A stretch of DNA of 64,000 nt, from positions 1,088,001 through 1,152,000 of the forward strand of contig CBDASK010000003.1 of the NCBI GenBank assembly GCA_965199495.1. Reading direction: 5' to 3'. How positions within the stretch are numbered: position 1 is the stretch's first letter; each line of letters starts with the position of its first letter. Position numbers and translations under genes: made by a program. Shown here one piece after another: positions 18,001-27,467 of the stretch. This DNA comes from Abditibacterium sp. Its GTDB lineage: Bacteria > Armatimonadota > Abditibacteriia > Abditibacteriales > Abditibacteriaceae. The notes beneath the pieces were generated by a model, which saw nothing but the letters and a program-made list of their open reading frames with translations, was not told the DNA's origin and made no database searches.

Positions 18001-19768
18001 GCTCGTTGAGCAAAAACGGCGAATCGAACTCGATGCGGCGGCAACCTTCGGGCGTGTTCGGCTCCCACAGATTCGCCAGTGGCCCGACGAACGAGTGCAG
18101 CGACATCACCAATTTCTCGCGCAGCGGATCAATCGGCGGGTTGGTAACCTGCGCGAATCGCTGGCGAAAATAGGTGTAAAGCAAGCGAGGCTTCTCGCTC
18201 AAAACGGCCAAAGGCGTATCGTCGCCCATCGAATACGTCGGTTCGGTTCCCGACTTCACCATCGGCGAAATCGAGTCGTTCACGTCTTCGGTGGTGAAGC
18301 CGAACGCTTTTTGCTGCGCGATCAAATCGTCGCCAAACGCGGGCGCCGTGCCCTCGACAATCGCGTCGGTTTTGCCGGAAATATCGGCGCCGTGAACCGT
18401 GTTGTTCTCGACCCATTCGCGATACGGTTGCGCCGTCGAAAGCCGCGCCTTGACTTCGTCGTTGCGCATCAGTTGGCCGGTTTTCAGGTCGAGCGCCAAA
18501 ATTTGGCCCGGCCCCAGACGGCCCTTCTCGATGACATTGGCGCCTTCGAGATCGATAATGCCGATTTCCGAGCCGACCAAAATTACGTTATCGTCCGAAA
18601 TTTGATAGCGAAACGGACGCAAACCGTTGCGATCCAGCAAGGCGCCAATAATATCGCCATCGGTAAACGAAAGCGCGGCGGGGCCATCCCACGGCTCCTG
18701 AATCGCGGCGTGATATTCGTAAAACGCGCGCAGGTCGTCATCCATGTCGGGCACCGAGCGGTAAGCGTCGGGCACCATCATCATCGCGGTTTCCAGAATG
18801 TCGCGGCCACTTCGCACCACGCTCTCAAACGCGTTATCCAAGGCCGCCGAATCGCTACCGCCGGGCTGAATAATCGGTAACAATTCTTCCAATTTTTCTT
18901 TGCTGCCCCAAATCTGCGCGTCCTGCGAACGCGAGCGCGCACGCACCCAGTTGGCGTTGCCCTGAACCGTGTTGATCTCGCCGTTGTGCGCCAGAGCGCG
19001 CATCGGTTGCGCCAAAAACCACGTCGGAAACGTATTGGTCGAGTAACGCTGGTGAAATAAGGCGATGGCCGATTCGTAATCGGGATTGCGCAAATCCTCG
19101 TAGAATTTCGAGAGCTGCGGCGCGATGACCAGACCTTTATAGGTAATGGTCTTCGACGAAAACGACGGAATATAAAAGCCAATAATTCCGGCGTGGGCGA
19201 CGCGCGCCTCGATGCGCTTGCGCAAAACGTAACAGGTGCGCTCGAACTCTTCGTCGCTCATGTCTTCGCCGCGCATGAGCAGTAATTGGCGGATTTCGGG
19301 GCACGATTCGGCGGCGATGGCGCCCAACGCGGCCATATCAACCGGCACTTCGCGGCGCGTCAACAGAAACAATTCGGAATCGCCGATAACTTCCTCGCAA
19401 ATCGCATAGGCCGCGTGGCGCGCAATCGGATCGCGTGGGCAAAACAGCATGGCGACCGCCAAATCTTCGGGCTTTTTGAGCAGTTTGCCCTGACCGCGCC
19501 CCAGCGATTTATGCAGCAATTTATGCGGAATCTGGGTTAATAAACCGGCGCCATCGCCGGTCTTGGAATCAGCAGCCACGGCGCCGCGATGCGTCAGGCA
19601 CGAGACGGCTTCCAGACCTTTGACGACGATGCGATGCGAAGGCGTGCCAGTTAAATCGGCGACAAAACCGATGCCGCACGAACTCGTTTCGTGCGACGGA
19701 TGCCACAGACCTTCATCGTTGAAGTCGGGAAGGCCAAGGGAAAGACCGGGAAATTCGGAGTGGGACAC
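15077..19768 (-). CDS. gltB: Glutamate synthase large subunit
   Basis: N-terminal CGIGF amidotransferase Cys; HQRYSTNT, HNGEIN, AQGAKPGEGGQL, CVMARQCHLNTCP and GXGXG motifs. Confidence 0.98.
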   Translation of the reverse strand: MSHSEFPGLSLGLPDFNDEGLWHPSHETSSCGIGFVADLTGTPSHRIVVKGLEAVSCLTHRGAVAADSKTGDGAGLLTQIPHKLLHKSLGRGQGKLLKKPEDLAVAMLFCPRDPIARHAAYAICEEVIGDSELFLLTRREVPVDMAALGAIAAESCPEIRQLLLMRGEDMSDEEFERTCYVLRKRIEARVAHAGIIGFYIPSFSSKTITYKGLVIAPQLSKFYEDLRNPDYESAIALFHQRYSTNTFPTWFLAQPMRALAHNGEINTVQGNANWVRARSRSQDAQIWGSKEKLEELLPIIQPGGSDSAALDNAFESVVRSGRDILETAMMMVPDAYRSVPDMDDDLRAFYEYHAAIQEPWDGPAALSFTDGDIIGALLDRNGLRPFRYQISDDNVILVGSEIGIIDLEGANVIEKGRLGPGQILALDLKTGQLMRNDEVKARLSTAQPYREWVENNTVHGADISGKTDAIVEGTAPAFGDDLIAQQKAFGFTTEDVNDSISPMVKSGTEPTYSMGDDTPLAVLSEKPRLLYTYFRQRFAQVTNPPIDPLREKLVMSLHSFVGPLANLWEPNTPEGCRRIEFDSPFLLNEQLAALRAGDEKWGDTFKTATVRSIFSVHEGERGMFAALQQMQRDAEAAVRMGATILIISDRGVNKDTAPIPALLAVGAVHHHLIRAGLRTRCSIIAESGEPRDSHHFACLIGYGAAAVNPYLALETAQSEADPDAVAKAVGNFKKAIESGLLKIMSKMGISTVASYHGAQVFEALGVNKIVVDECFSKTPTRIHGVGFEEIARDVLRLHETAYPHDEAATGKEKLENFAYLRFRKDGELHAFTPSWFKPFHKAVRDNLYEEQFKIYSAAINQREKPIVLRDLLEYKTLGEPIPIDEVEPIEAIFKRFCSAAMSHGSLSSEAHETLAIAMNRIGGKSNSGEGGEDPRRFRRDENNDWRNSAIKQIASGRFGLTPEYLASAKELQIKMAQGAKPGEGGQLPGFKVNAEIAFIRHSVPGVTLISPPPHHDIYSIEDLAQLIYDLKMVNPRARVSVKLVSQAGVGTVAAGVAKAYADTIVIAGHDGGTGASPTGSIKNTGVSWELGLAETQQVLIQNGLRGRVRLHSDGGYKTGRDVIFAALLGAEEYGFGTAALMSVGCVMARQCHLNTCPVGVATQDETLRAKFPGDADHVVNFFTFIANEVRELLAQMGARYLTDIIGRSDLLYQNEEMELPKTSDVDLSRLFFQFEERDTSPRYSVVGKNDRPEEWPLDDTILQDGRDAISHGSDLVLHYPITNINRTVGGRIAGEIAYNYGDKGLQKGSMTLNFTGTAGQSFGAFCINGLNLYLTGEALDYVGKCMHGGKIVVKPQNDAKFNWSKNVIVGNTVMYGATGGVLFAAGQGGERFAVRNSGGVAVVEGIGDHGCEYMTGGTIVVLGSCGRNFGAGMSGGTAYIYDASQTFERRYNPDMIGIERIEQGSEDAATLKKLIERHLNETGSAHPQSLIENWEAELPNFWKAVPHPEKAAAPTTEKRAARPRPEVKPGDATVKVSDYAGREPVGLKAATPEEPPAPTPAGS

Positions 19769-20057
19769 AATAGGGAAAGAAGCCGATTCGCGAGGGAATC
19801 GGACGAAGAACTAACGGGATTTAAAGGCGCAGGCGCGCCCAAAGTGCGACAAGAGGGTTAAAGACGCGGCAGGATGAAATCAGCTTCACGCAAAGCGATA
19901 ACGCTGTTTCACCCGCGCGGTTTTCGCGGGCGCGCCCAAGCGAAATTAAAAGTGAGGCGCTGGCAGAGACAAGTCACGTCTTAATTGTAACCGACGCGGG
20001 CGCAATCGAGCAATTTGAAGTTGGTTATCGGTGGACTTCGCCCAGCGAATATTTCGG

Positions 20058-20507
20058 TTATGTTTCGCGTTTAAAATAGGTGAGTTCGTCGTCGGCTTCG
20101 TGGTAAAACACTTCGATTCGACAACTTCGTTGATTGCTGACATCCGCATTGGTGTGCAGCCATGTCCGCAGTTTGGGCAACGCTTCATCGTGCAAAAGTT
20201 GCGTTACGCGCGCGCGGATTTCGACGGGAATCGCGTAAACCGTAATCGTCCATCGCCCATGCCCTTCGTGCGGCCTGTGCGGCATAAACCGGTTGGCTTC
20301 CCAGAAGTGATACCAAACTTCCACGAGCGCAAACTGGGGCAACGCGCGCAGTTTCGTGGGCGTGTAACGGTTAGAAAACGAAATTTCCAATTCGTCCATC
20401 TGCGGCACATCGGAAAGCGCCTCCGAAACCGCTTTGGCTTTGAGCGGATAACTCAGCGATTGGGGAATTTTAGTTCTGGCGCGCGTTGGAAACATAACGA
20501 AATCCAT
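20058..20507 (-). CDS. Hypothetical protein
   Basis: 149-aa ORF in line with the upstream WD40 gene. Confidence 0.65.
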   Translation of the reverse strand: MDFVMFPTRARTKIPQSLSYPLKAKAVSEALSDVPQMDELEISFSNRYTPTKLRALPQFALVEVWYHFWEANRFMPHRPHEGHGRWTITVYAIPVEIRARVTQLLHDEALPKLRTWLHTNADVSNQRSCRIEVFYHEADDELTYFKRET

Positions 20508-20534
20508 TGTCTGATTTTACGGGGCATTTGCCCA

Positions 20535-21674
20535 TCAATCCAAATCCCACACCAAAATCGCGTCGCCGCCGCGCACAAACAAGCGTTTGCCATCGGGCGC
20601 AAAGAGCAGACCGGGCGCCACGGTAAGATTCGTTTTTGCCTGACTGCCCAGCGAGCGCGTTAAGCGGATTGCCCCTGTTGCGCTATCGATCAGGAAAACG
20701 CGGCCCTGATAATATTGGTAAGCGGCTACCGTTCGGCCATCGGGCGAAAAAATGGCGTCGCAAACCGAAGCGTTGAAAACGTCCGTGCCACCCATCGCGG
20801 GCGCTTTGATTTGCCAGAGCAATTTTCCAGTCTGGATGTCGAAACAGCGCACCGGCGCGTAAGTGGAAAAATCGCTTTCTCCGAAAGTGTTGCTCACATT
20901 GCCAGACACGACCAGACGTTTGCCGTCGGGAGCGAATTTTACGCTGGCAACCGTATCGGCTTTGAAGCCTTGGCCACCCGGCAAGCGCCGCACGAGTTTT
21001 CCATTGTCGGCTCGATGAATTTCGATGCGATCTTTGATTTTGTGGTCTCCGATATGCGCCACTAATTTTCCATCGGGCGACCAAGAGATGTCTGCCGAAT
21101 AGGGCCGACCATTTTGCCACTGAGTTTTCACTTGCCCATTGCGGGCATCAACGATGCAAACAGCTTTGTCAACGGAAAGCGCAACAGCGCGTCCGTCCGG
21201 CGAAAACGCGGCTCCCGAAGCGTAGTGAGGAAATCGCCACAAAGTATTGCGCGTGGCTGCATCGTAGAGCGCCCACGTCTCGCCCTGGCGCGTGAAACCG
21301 ACTGTTCTTGCATCGGGCGAAAATGCCAGGGCGTAGATATCAAAACCGCCGAGAAATCCCGTTTTATCCCGTTTATAAACCGGAGCAATTGAAGGAAGTG
21401 CTGTGCCGATGCGAGCGTTCCACAGATAAACCGTTCCGCTCCCTTTGAGCCAGCCGCCTTTGCCATCACGCGAACCTGCTGCCGCCAAAATTTCACCGTT
21501 GTCCGACAAGGCCATCGAACGAATTGTGGTGTCGGAAGTCGTCGTCCAAACTTGCGGCAAGCCCAACGCGCCGCGCACGAGTTGCGGCCCCCACATCACA
21601 GCCACGGCGAAGAGGCCGACCAAAATTGGCGTCGCCCACAACCATTTTTCGCCGCGCGTCCACTTGCGTTTCAT
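20535..21674 (-). CDS. Membrane-anchored WD40/beta-propeller protein
   Basis: N-terminal TM helix; repeated FSPDG motifs; ends in WD. Confidence 0.88.
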   Translation of the reverse strand: MKRKWTRGEKWLWATPILVGLFAVAVMWGPQLVRGALGLPQVWTTTSDTTIRSMALSDNGEILAAAGSRDGKGGWLKGSGTVYLWNARIGTALPSIAPVYKRDKTGFLGGFDIYALAFSPDARTVGFTRQGETWALYDAATRNTLWRFPHYASGAAFSPDGRAVALSVDKAVCIVDARNGQVKTQWQNGRPYSADISWSPDGKLVAHIGDHKIKDRIEIHRADNGKLVRRLPGGQGFKADTVASVKFAPDGKRLVVSGNVSNTFGESDFSTYAPVRCFDIQTGKLLWQIKAPAMGGTDVFNASVCDAIFSPDGRTVAAYQYYQGRVFLIDSATGAIRLTRSLGSQAKTNLTVAPGLLFAPDGKRLFVRGGDAILVWDLD

Positions 21675-21741
21675 GCGTTCTATTTAAACACAAATCGTCA
21701 TGAGTCGAGGAATATAACGAGCCACGGAGTAAACTAAAACT

Positions 21742-22356
21742 ATGCGCGAACCCGAATATTTTCAGCCCAGCATCAGCAAACAAGAATACTTCGCTCTCGA
21801 AGCCAAATCGGAAATCAAACACGAACTCTGGTGGGGCGAAATGGTGGCGATGGCAGGCGCTCATCCCGATCATGTCACGGTTGCAGCCAATGCCTTCCGC
21901 GCGCTTGATAGTCACCTGGCCGACACGCCCTGTCAGGCGGGCGTCAGCGATTTGCGGTTGGGCGTTGATGAAGCGCAAAACTACGTTTATCCCGATGTCA
22001 TCGTTTGGTGCGAAGACGCGCAATGGGATGAAACGACGCCGCTTCCGACGCTCTTGACGCCGCTTGTTATCGTCGAGATTTTGTCGCGCTCGACGCAACT
22101 GCGCGACCGGCGCGAGAAACTCAACGCGTATCGCGATTTGCCGTCGCTGCGCGATTATTTGATGATCGCGCCCGACGCCGTTTCGGTCGAACACTACGCG
22201 CGCGACGAAAACTCGGACGCCTGGATCAATCATCATTATACGCGGCGCGCGCAGATTGTGCGTTTGGCGGCGTTCGATTTGGAAATCGAAGTCGCACAGT
22301 TTTACCGGCGTTTGAACGTGCCCGAAGGTTTGCGCGCGATTGGACGCGGTGAATAG
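21742..22356 (+). CDS. Uma2 family PD-(D/E)XK endonuclease
   Basis: AMAGA...H, YPDV, VEILSRST and PSLRDY motifs. Confidence 0.92.
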   Translation: MREPEYFQPSISKQEYFALEAKSEIKHELWWGEMVAMAGAHPDHVTVAANAFRALDSHLADTPCQAGVSDLRLGVDEAQNYVYPDVIVWCEDAQWDETTPLPTLLTPLVIVEILSRSTQLRDRREKLNAYRDLPSLRDYLMIAPDAVSVEHYARDENSDAWINHHYTRRAQIVRLAAFDLEIEVAQFYRRLNVPEGLRAIGRGE

Positions 22357-22391
22357 TTGTCCCGAAATTTGCAGCATTTCAACTTCGACCC

Positions 22392-23456
22392 ATGAAACTT
22401 CCCCTCGCTTTTGCTTTGCTCGCGACCTGCGCGCCGATTTTTGCCGCGCACGCGCAACCCGAAATGACCGACGATGCGCCCGCCGTGGCTGCTAACGGCG
22501 CGATGCCAATGATGCCGCAAAATGTGCCCGCCGTGGATGCGTATCGCTGGAAATTTCAGCCGCCGCTTGGCTCGCGTTGGACGATGCGCACGTTTACGCG
22601 CACGCAACTCGAAGAGACGATTCCCGCGCTGGCGGGCGAACCGTCGCACAAAATGGAGATCGGCGGTTTCACGCGCATGGTCGCCGATTACGACGTGATC
22701 AACCGCGACGAGTTTGGCGCCAGCACGATTCGCGTGACCTATCGGCAATTGACGCTCGATAACAAAATCACCGTTGATGGCAAAGTCGTGGACGCGACAC
22801 CTTATAAACAGGGCGCGGTGCAGGGCGTGAATGGCGCTTCTTATACGATTAAACAGGCGCCCGATGGCAAAGTTTGGGGCATTGACGGATTGGACAAAGT
22901 GCAAGACCAAATTATCAAAGCCAGCACGGCGGCTGATCCAGCCACGCGCGCGGCGCTGGCCAAGTTGACGCACTCGCTGGCCTCGGCGGATGTGCTGCGC
23001 AAAACCATCAACGCCTCGACCGATAGCTGGCCCAAATATCCGGTTCGCGCGGGCGAAACTTGGACTTACGCTTTTAACGCGCCCTCCGATTTGCCGATGC
23101 AAATCAGCATGGAAAGCCATCGCACGCTCAAATCGCTCGATGCCGACATCGCTTCGGTAGGCGAAACCGCCAACTACGATCAGGGTTCGCTCAAACTCGA
23201 TTTGCCGATGGGTGGCGATGAGATGAGTGGCAACGCTCAAATGTCGCTCAAAGTGAACGATCTCAAAGGCACCATCAGTGGTTACACGCGTGTGCAGCGC
23301 AGTAGTGGAATCGCGTTGCAAACGTTGGTTAATCAGACGATGACCGGCGTTTTCCAGGTCAAAGTGCCCGCCGAGGCGGGCGGAGCGCCAATCAATGCGC
23401 GCGTGCCGGTGAAAGTTTCGGGCAACACCAATATCGTCATGGAGCCGCGCGGCTGA
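22392..23456 (+). CDS. Secreted hypothetical protein (DUF6263-like)
   Basis: Signal peptide; P..PV..GETW motif. Confidence 0.6.
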   Translation: MKLPLAFALLATCAPIFAAHAQPEMTDDAPAVAANGAMPMMPQNVPAVDAYRWKFQPPLGSRWTMRTFTRTQLEETIPALAGEPSHKMEIGGFTRMVADYDVINRDEFGASTIRVTYRQLTLDNKITVDGKVVDATPYKQGAVQGVNGASYTIKQAPDGKVWGIDGLDKVQDQIIKASTAADPATRAALAKLTHSLASADVLRKTINASTDSWPKYPVRAGETWTYAFNAPSDLPMQISMESHRTLKSLDADIASVGETANYDQGSLKLDLPMGGDEMSGNAQMSLKVNDLKGTISGYTRVQRSSGIALQTLVNQTMTGVFQVKVPAEAGGAPINARVPVKVSGNTNIVMEPRG

Positions 23457-23493
23457 ATCCAGACAATATTAGGTTTGAATATCACTTTGTTCG

Positions 23494-23595
23494 CGCACTG
23501 GCTTTCTGCGGGGCGGACGCCCTCTTCCAATCGGCGTGCTTTCGAGGAAATTTGCCGATTGGAAGAGGGCGTCCGCCCCACAGAAAGTCAGTGCG
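23494..23595. repeat. Long intergenic inverted repeat (~42-bp arms)
   Basis: cgcactggctttctgcggggcggacgccctcttccaatcggc / gccgattggaagagggcgtccgccccacagaaagtcagtgcg. Confidence 0.9.
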
Positions 23596-23662
23596 TTTTG
23601 CATAAATGGCAAGACCAGATTTTTTATCTAATCCATTTGGATCAAAGCCAAAGTTTCGCGCG

Positions 23663-24694
23663 ATGTTAGCCATCACTTTACAGGAGCCGGGCCGCTTCGA
23701 GCGCGTGCAAAACCCGTTCGATGCGGGCGCCGTGGCTGCTTCGCACGCGCGGGTGCGCGTGCATCGTATCGGCGTGTGTGGCACCGACTGGCACGCGTTC
23801 GCCGGACGCCAACCGTTTTTTTCGTATCCGCGCATTTTGGGCCACGAACTGGGCGTCGAAGTCCTCGAAGTCGCGCCCGATTCGATTAACACGCGCGGCA
23901 TCAAAGTTGGCGACCGATGTTGCGTCGAGCCGTATCTCAATTGTGGGCATTGCATCGCCTGTCGGAGCGGCAAAACCAACTGTTGCGAAAACCTGCGGGT
24001 TCTGGGCGTTCACACCGACGGCGGTATGCGCGAAACGTTGGACGTGCCAATTGACAAACTGCACCGCGCCAATGATTTGAGTTTCGATCAACTGGCTTTG
24101 GTCGAAACGCTGTGCATCGGTGCGCACGCCGTGCAGCGCAGCCACGCCGAGGCGGGCGAAACCGTTTTGGTCGTTGGCGCCGGGCCGATTGGATTGGCGG
24201 TCACGCAGTTTCTGAGCGTCGCGGGCGCCAGGATTTTGGGGATGGACGTTAGCGACGAACGATTGGAATTTTGTCGCAACGTCGCCCCTATCGCGGGCAC
24301 GATTAACCCGAATCACGGCGATGCGACCGCGCAAATCCGCGCTTTGAACAACGGAGAACTGCCGACCTGCGTGATGGATGCGACCGGCCATGCGGCTTCG
24401 ATGGAGCGCGCGTTTGAATTGGCCGCGCACGGTGGCCGCATCGTTTTCGTCGGCCTGTTTTCCGGCGACGTAACCTTTAGTGATCCCAATTTTCACAAGC
24501 GCGAACTGACGCTGCTGAGCAGTCGCAACGCCACAGCGCCCGATTTCGAGCGCACGATAGAATTGATTCAAGCCGGACAAATTAACACGACGCCGTGGAT
24601 TACGCACCGCATGAAACTGGGCGAAGTCGCGCAATGTTTCGCCGCGATGCAGGGCGCGCCGGGTTTGGTTAAGGCGATGATCGAAAACGATTAG
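23663..24694 (+). CDS. Zn-dependent sugar-acid/alcohol dehydrogenase (YjjN-like)
   Basis: GVCGTD, GHE, CGHCIAC...C and GAGPIG motifs. Confidence 0.92.
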   Translation: MLAITLQEPGRFERVQNPFDAGAVAASHARVRVHRIGVCGTDWHAFAGRQPFFSYPRILGHELGVEVLEVAPDSINTRGIKVGDRCCVEPYLNCGHCIACRSGKTNCCENLRVLGVHTDGGMRETLDVPIDKLHRANDLSFDQLALVETLCIGAHAVQRSHAEAGETVLVVGAGPIGLAVTQFLSVAGARILGMDVSDERLEFCRNVAPIAGTINPNHGDATAQIRALNNGELPTCVMDATGHAASMERAFELAAHGGRIVFVGLFSGDVTFSDPNFHKRELTLLSSRNATAPDFERTIELIQAGQINTTPWITHRMKLGEVAQCFAAMQGAPGLVKAMIEND

Positions 24695-24709
24695 ACAAAT
24701 TTTTAAACC

Positions 24710-25648
24710 ATGCGAAAACGTCTCTTGGGCAAAACCGGCCTCGAAGTTTCGATTCTGGGTTATGGCGCTTCGGCGCTGGGCGGAGTTTTCGGCGCAATCA
24801 ACGAAAAGGACGGCGTCGCGACCGTTCACGCCGCGCTCGATGCGGGCATTAATTTGATTGACTGCGCGCCTTACTACGGCCAGACCACAGCCGAAACCGT
24901 GTTGGGCCGCGCGCTTTCGAGCGTGCCGCGCGATAGTTATTATCTCGCAACCAAAGTTGGCCGTTACGGCGACAACGATTTCGATTTCTCAGCCGGGCGC
25001 GTCACCCAAAGCGTGGACGAAAGTTTGAAGCGTTTGCAAGCTGAATATGTGGATATTGTTCAATGTCACGACATCGAGTTTGGCGATTTGAACCAAATTG
25101 TGGACGAGACGATTCCGGCGCTACGCCGCGTTGTCGAAAGCGGCAAAGCGCGCTTTATCGGCGTCACGGGTTTGCCGCTCCAAATTTTCACCGAAGTCGC
25201 CGCGCGGGTGCCACTCGACACGGTTTTAAGTTATTGTCGCTACACCTTAAACGACAGCTCGCTGGAAAGTATCCTGCCGTTTTTGCACGAGAAAAACATC
25301 GGCGTGATTGCGGCTTCGCCATTGGGCATGGGACTTTTAACCCAAGGCGGCCCGGCGCCGTGGCATCCGGCGCCGCCCGCAATCAAAAGCGCGTGCGCCC
25401 AAGCGGTGCGATGGTGCGAAAGTCGCGGCGTTTCGCTGGAAAAACTGGCGATTCAGTTCGCCGTTTCCAATCCGCGAATTGCCAGCACCTTAGTCGGCAC
25501 CGCCAGTCCGACGCAAATCGCGAACAACGCGCAATGGGCGCAGGAGTCGCCCGACGAAGAACTTTTGGCGGCGGTGCGGACGATTTTGGCACCGATTCGC
25601 AACCAAACGTGGCGCAGTGGCAAAACACAAAATAATGAAATTCATTGA
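24710..25648 (+). CDS. Aldo/keto reductase (L-galactose dehydrogenase-like)
   Basis: LGKTGLEVS, IDCAPYYG, TKVGRY and CHDIEF motifs. Confidence 0.9.
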   Translation: MRKRLLGKTGLEVSILGYGASALGGVFGAINEKDGVATVHAALDAGINLIDCAPYYGQTTAETVLGRALSSVPRDSYYLATKVGRYGDNDFDFSAGRVTQSVDESLKRLQAEYVDIVQCHDIEFGDLNQIVDETIPALRRVVESGKARFIGVTGLPLQIFTEVAARVPLDTVLSYCRYTLNDSSLESILPFLHEKNIGVIAASPLGMGLLTQGGPAPWHPAPPAIKSACAQAVRWCESRGVSLEKLAIQFAVSNPRIASTLVGTASPTQIANNAQWAQESPDEELLAAVRTILAPIRNQTWRSGKTQNNEIH

Positions 25649-26297
25649 TTTATCGCAACCGCTTTTTGATGACGCCCCGAACTGTCCGGCGCACCCGGCG
25701 GTAAACATCGAATACGAGCCTCACGGCGACGGCGGTTTGGGTTCGTGGCAGATGGAATATTTTCAGTTCGCCTCGCACACCGGCAGCCACGTCGACGCGC
25801 CGCGCCACAAAATCGCGGGCGCGCAGACGATTTCGCAGATGCCGCTCGAAGCGTTCGCGGGCGACGCGGTTTTGGCCGATTTGCGCGCGTTGGCGCCCAA
25901 CGCCGAAATCAACGGCGAAATGCTGCGTTGCGCGTTGCCGACAGATGTGCGCGGACGCATCGTGCTGATCGCGACGGGTTGGGGACAAAAGCGCGCCAAA
26001 GACGAATTATGGCTTTATCAATCGCCGCGCCTCAACGAAGACGGCGCGGCGTGGCTGGTGCAAGCGGGCGCTAAGGCGGTTGGCATAGACCATTTTTCCA
26101 TCGGCGGCGCACAGGAACCGGGTAACGCGCGCACCCACGAAATTTTGTTGGGCGCCGCAATGTGGATTTTGGAAGAATTGCGCTTTCCCGACGAAGTTTT
26201 CGGTTTGAGTTGGCCGCAAACCCTGATGGCGCTGCCAATTAACGTGGCGGATGCGTCGGGCGCGCCGTGCCGCCCGGTTTTGGTTTTGCGAGATTGA
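25635..26297 (+). CDS. Cyclase family metal hydrolase (KynB-like)
   Basis: DLSQP, HTGSHVDAPRH, VGID and ASGAPCR motifs. Confidence 0.9.
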   Translation: MKFIDLSQPLFDDAPNCPAHPAVNIEYEPHGDGGLGSWQMEYFQFASHTGSHVDAPRHKIAGAQTISQMPLEAFAGDAVLADLRALAPNAEINGEMLRCALPTDVRGRIVLIATGWGQKRAKDELWLYQSPRLNEDGAAWLVQAGAKAVGIDHFSIGGAQEPGNARTHEILLGAAMWILEELRFPDEVFGLSWPQTLMALPINVADASGAPCRPVLVLRD

Positions 26298-26303
26298 AAA
26301 ATT

Positions 26304-27467
26304 TCAGCGACACCCTTCCCATTGCTCGACGATTTGTTCGCTCGCCCCTTCGATTTGTTCGCGCGTATTGAAACGATGCAATCCCACGCGAATTGTCGAA
26401 GCCGCGTCCGCGCGCGATAAACTCATCGCAAGCAAAGTTTGCGACGGACTGGGCGCGCCCGCATCGCAAGCCGCGCCATTAGACAAAGCCAAATCGGGCA
26501 AGCGCGCCATCAATAATGCTGCATCAACGCCCGCGAAAGTCAGGCTGGCACAATGTGGCAAACGCGATTGGGTCGCGCCGTTGAGTTTTAAATTTTGGAT
26601 AGATTGACAAAGCTCGTTCTCTAACCAATCGCGCAACGCCGCCAGACGCGCGCTTTCGCCCGTCATTTCGTTTTGACAGATTGCGCGAGCCGCGCCCATG
26701 CCGACAATGCCGGGCACATTTGTAGTGCCCGCGCGCAAACCGCGTTCTTGCCCACCGCCGATCTGTTGCGGCACGAGCAAACCGCGCAAGCCACGCCGCA
26801 ACCACAGCGCGCCGACGCCCTGCGGCCCATAGAATTTGTGCGCGCTTAAACTCATCGAATCCACGTTTAATTCGCCCACGTCGAGCGGAATTTTGCCCGC
26901 CGCCTGTGCCGCGTCGCAATGAAATAAGGCGCCGCGTTCGTGCGCCCATTCCGCCAATTCGCCCATCGGTTGAATCGTGCCAATTTCGCCGCTTGCGGCT
27001 TGCACGCAAACCAAAAGCGTATTTTCGTCAATCAACTCGCGCGCCTGTTCCAATCGAACGGTGCCCTGCCCGTCAACCGGCAAAGCGACGATTTGAAAAC
27101 CGTCATTTTCCAGCGCGCGCGCGGCTTCACTCACCGATTTATGTTCGATTGCACCCATCGCAATCGCGCGCCGCGCGCCCGTGGCTGTATGCGCGAGCGG
27201 GCCGCGAAGCGCACTGTGCGCCAATCCTCGAATCGCCAAGTTATTGCTTTCGGTCGCGCCGCTCGTCCAGATGATTTCACTTGCGCGCGTATTCAAAAGT
27301 GCCGCGACCTGTTCGCGCGCCTTTTCAACGGCTTCGTCGGCGCGCGCTCCGGCGAAGTGCGGGCTGGACGCGTTGCCGAACTGTTCATAAAAATGCGGCA
27401 ACATCGCTTCGACGACGCGCGGGTCGCAGGGCGTCGTGGCGCCCGCATCGAGATAAATCATCGGCAA
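26304..27467 (-). CDS. Cysteine desulfurase (IscS/DndA/SspA-like)
   Basis: IYLDAGATTP, TSGATESNN, HCDAAQ, SAHKFYGP and SNGAAC motifs. Confidence 0.93.
   Translation of the reverse strand: MPMIYLDAGATTPCDPRVVEAMLPHFYEQFGNASSPHFAGARADEAVEKAREQVAALLNTRASEIIWTSGATESNNLAIRGLAHSALRGPLAHTATGARRAIAMGAIEHKSVSEAARALENDGFQIVALPVDGQGTVRLEQARELIDENTLLVCVQAASGEIGTIQPMGELAEWAHERGALFHCDAAQAAGKIPLDVGELNVDSMSLSAHKFYGPQGVGALWLRRGLRGLLVPQQIGGGQERGLRAGTTNVPGIVGMGAARAICQNEMTGESARLAALRDWLENELCQSIQNLKLNGATQSRLPHCASLTFAGVDAALLMARLPDLALSNGAACDAGAPSPSQTLLAMSLSRADAASTIRVGLHRFNTREQIEGASEQIVEQWEGCR

Noticed and set aside
16313..18880. 855-aa plus-strand ORF
   Set aside because: Antisense shadow of gltB; typical of GC-rich codon bias and without motifs
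26304..27467. Housekeeping iscS of an ISC/SUF operon
   Set aside because: No iscR/iscU/suf/mnmA neighbours; context suggests an accessory desulfurase, so no gene symbol was assigned
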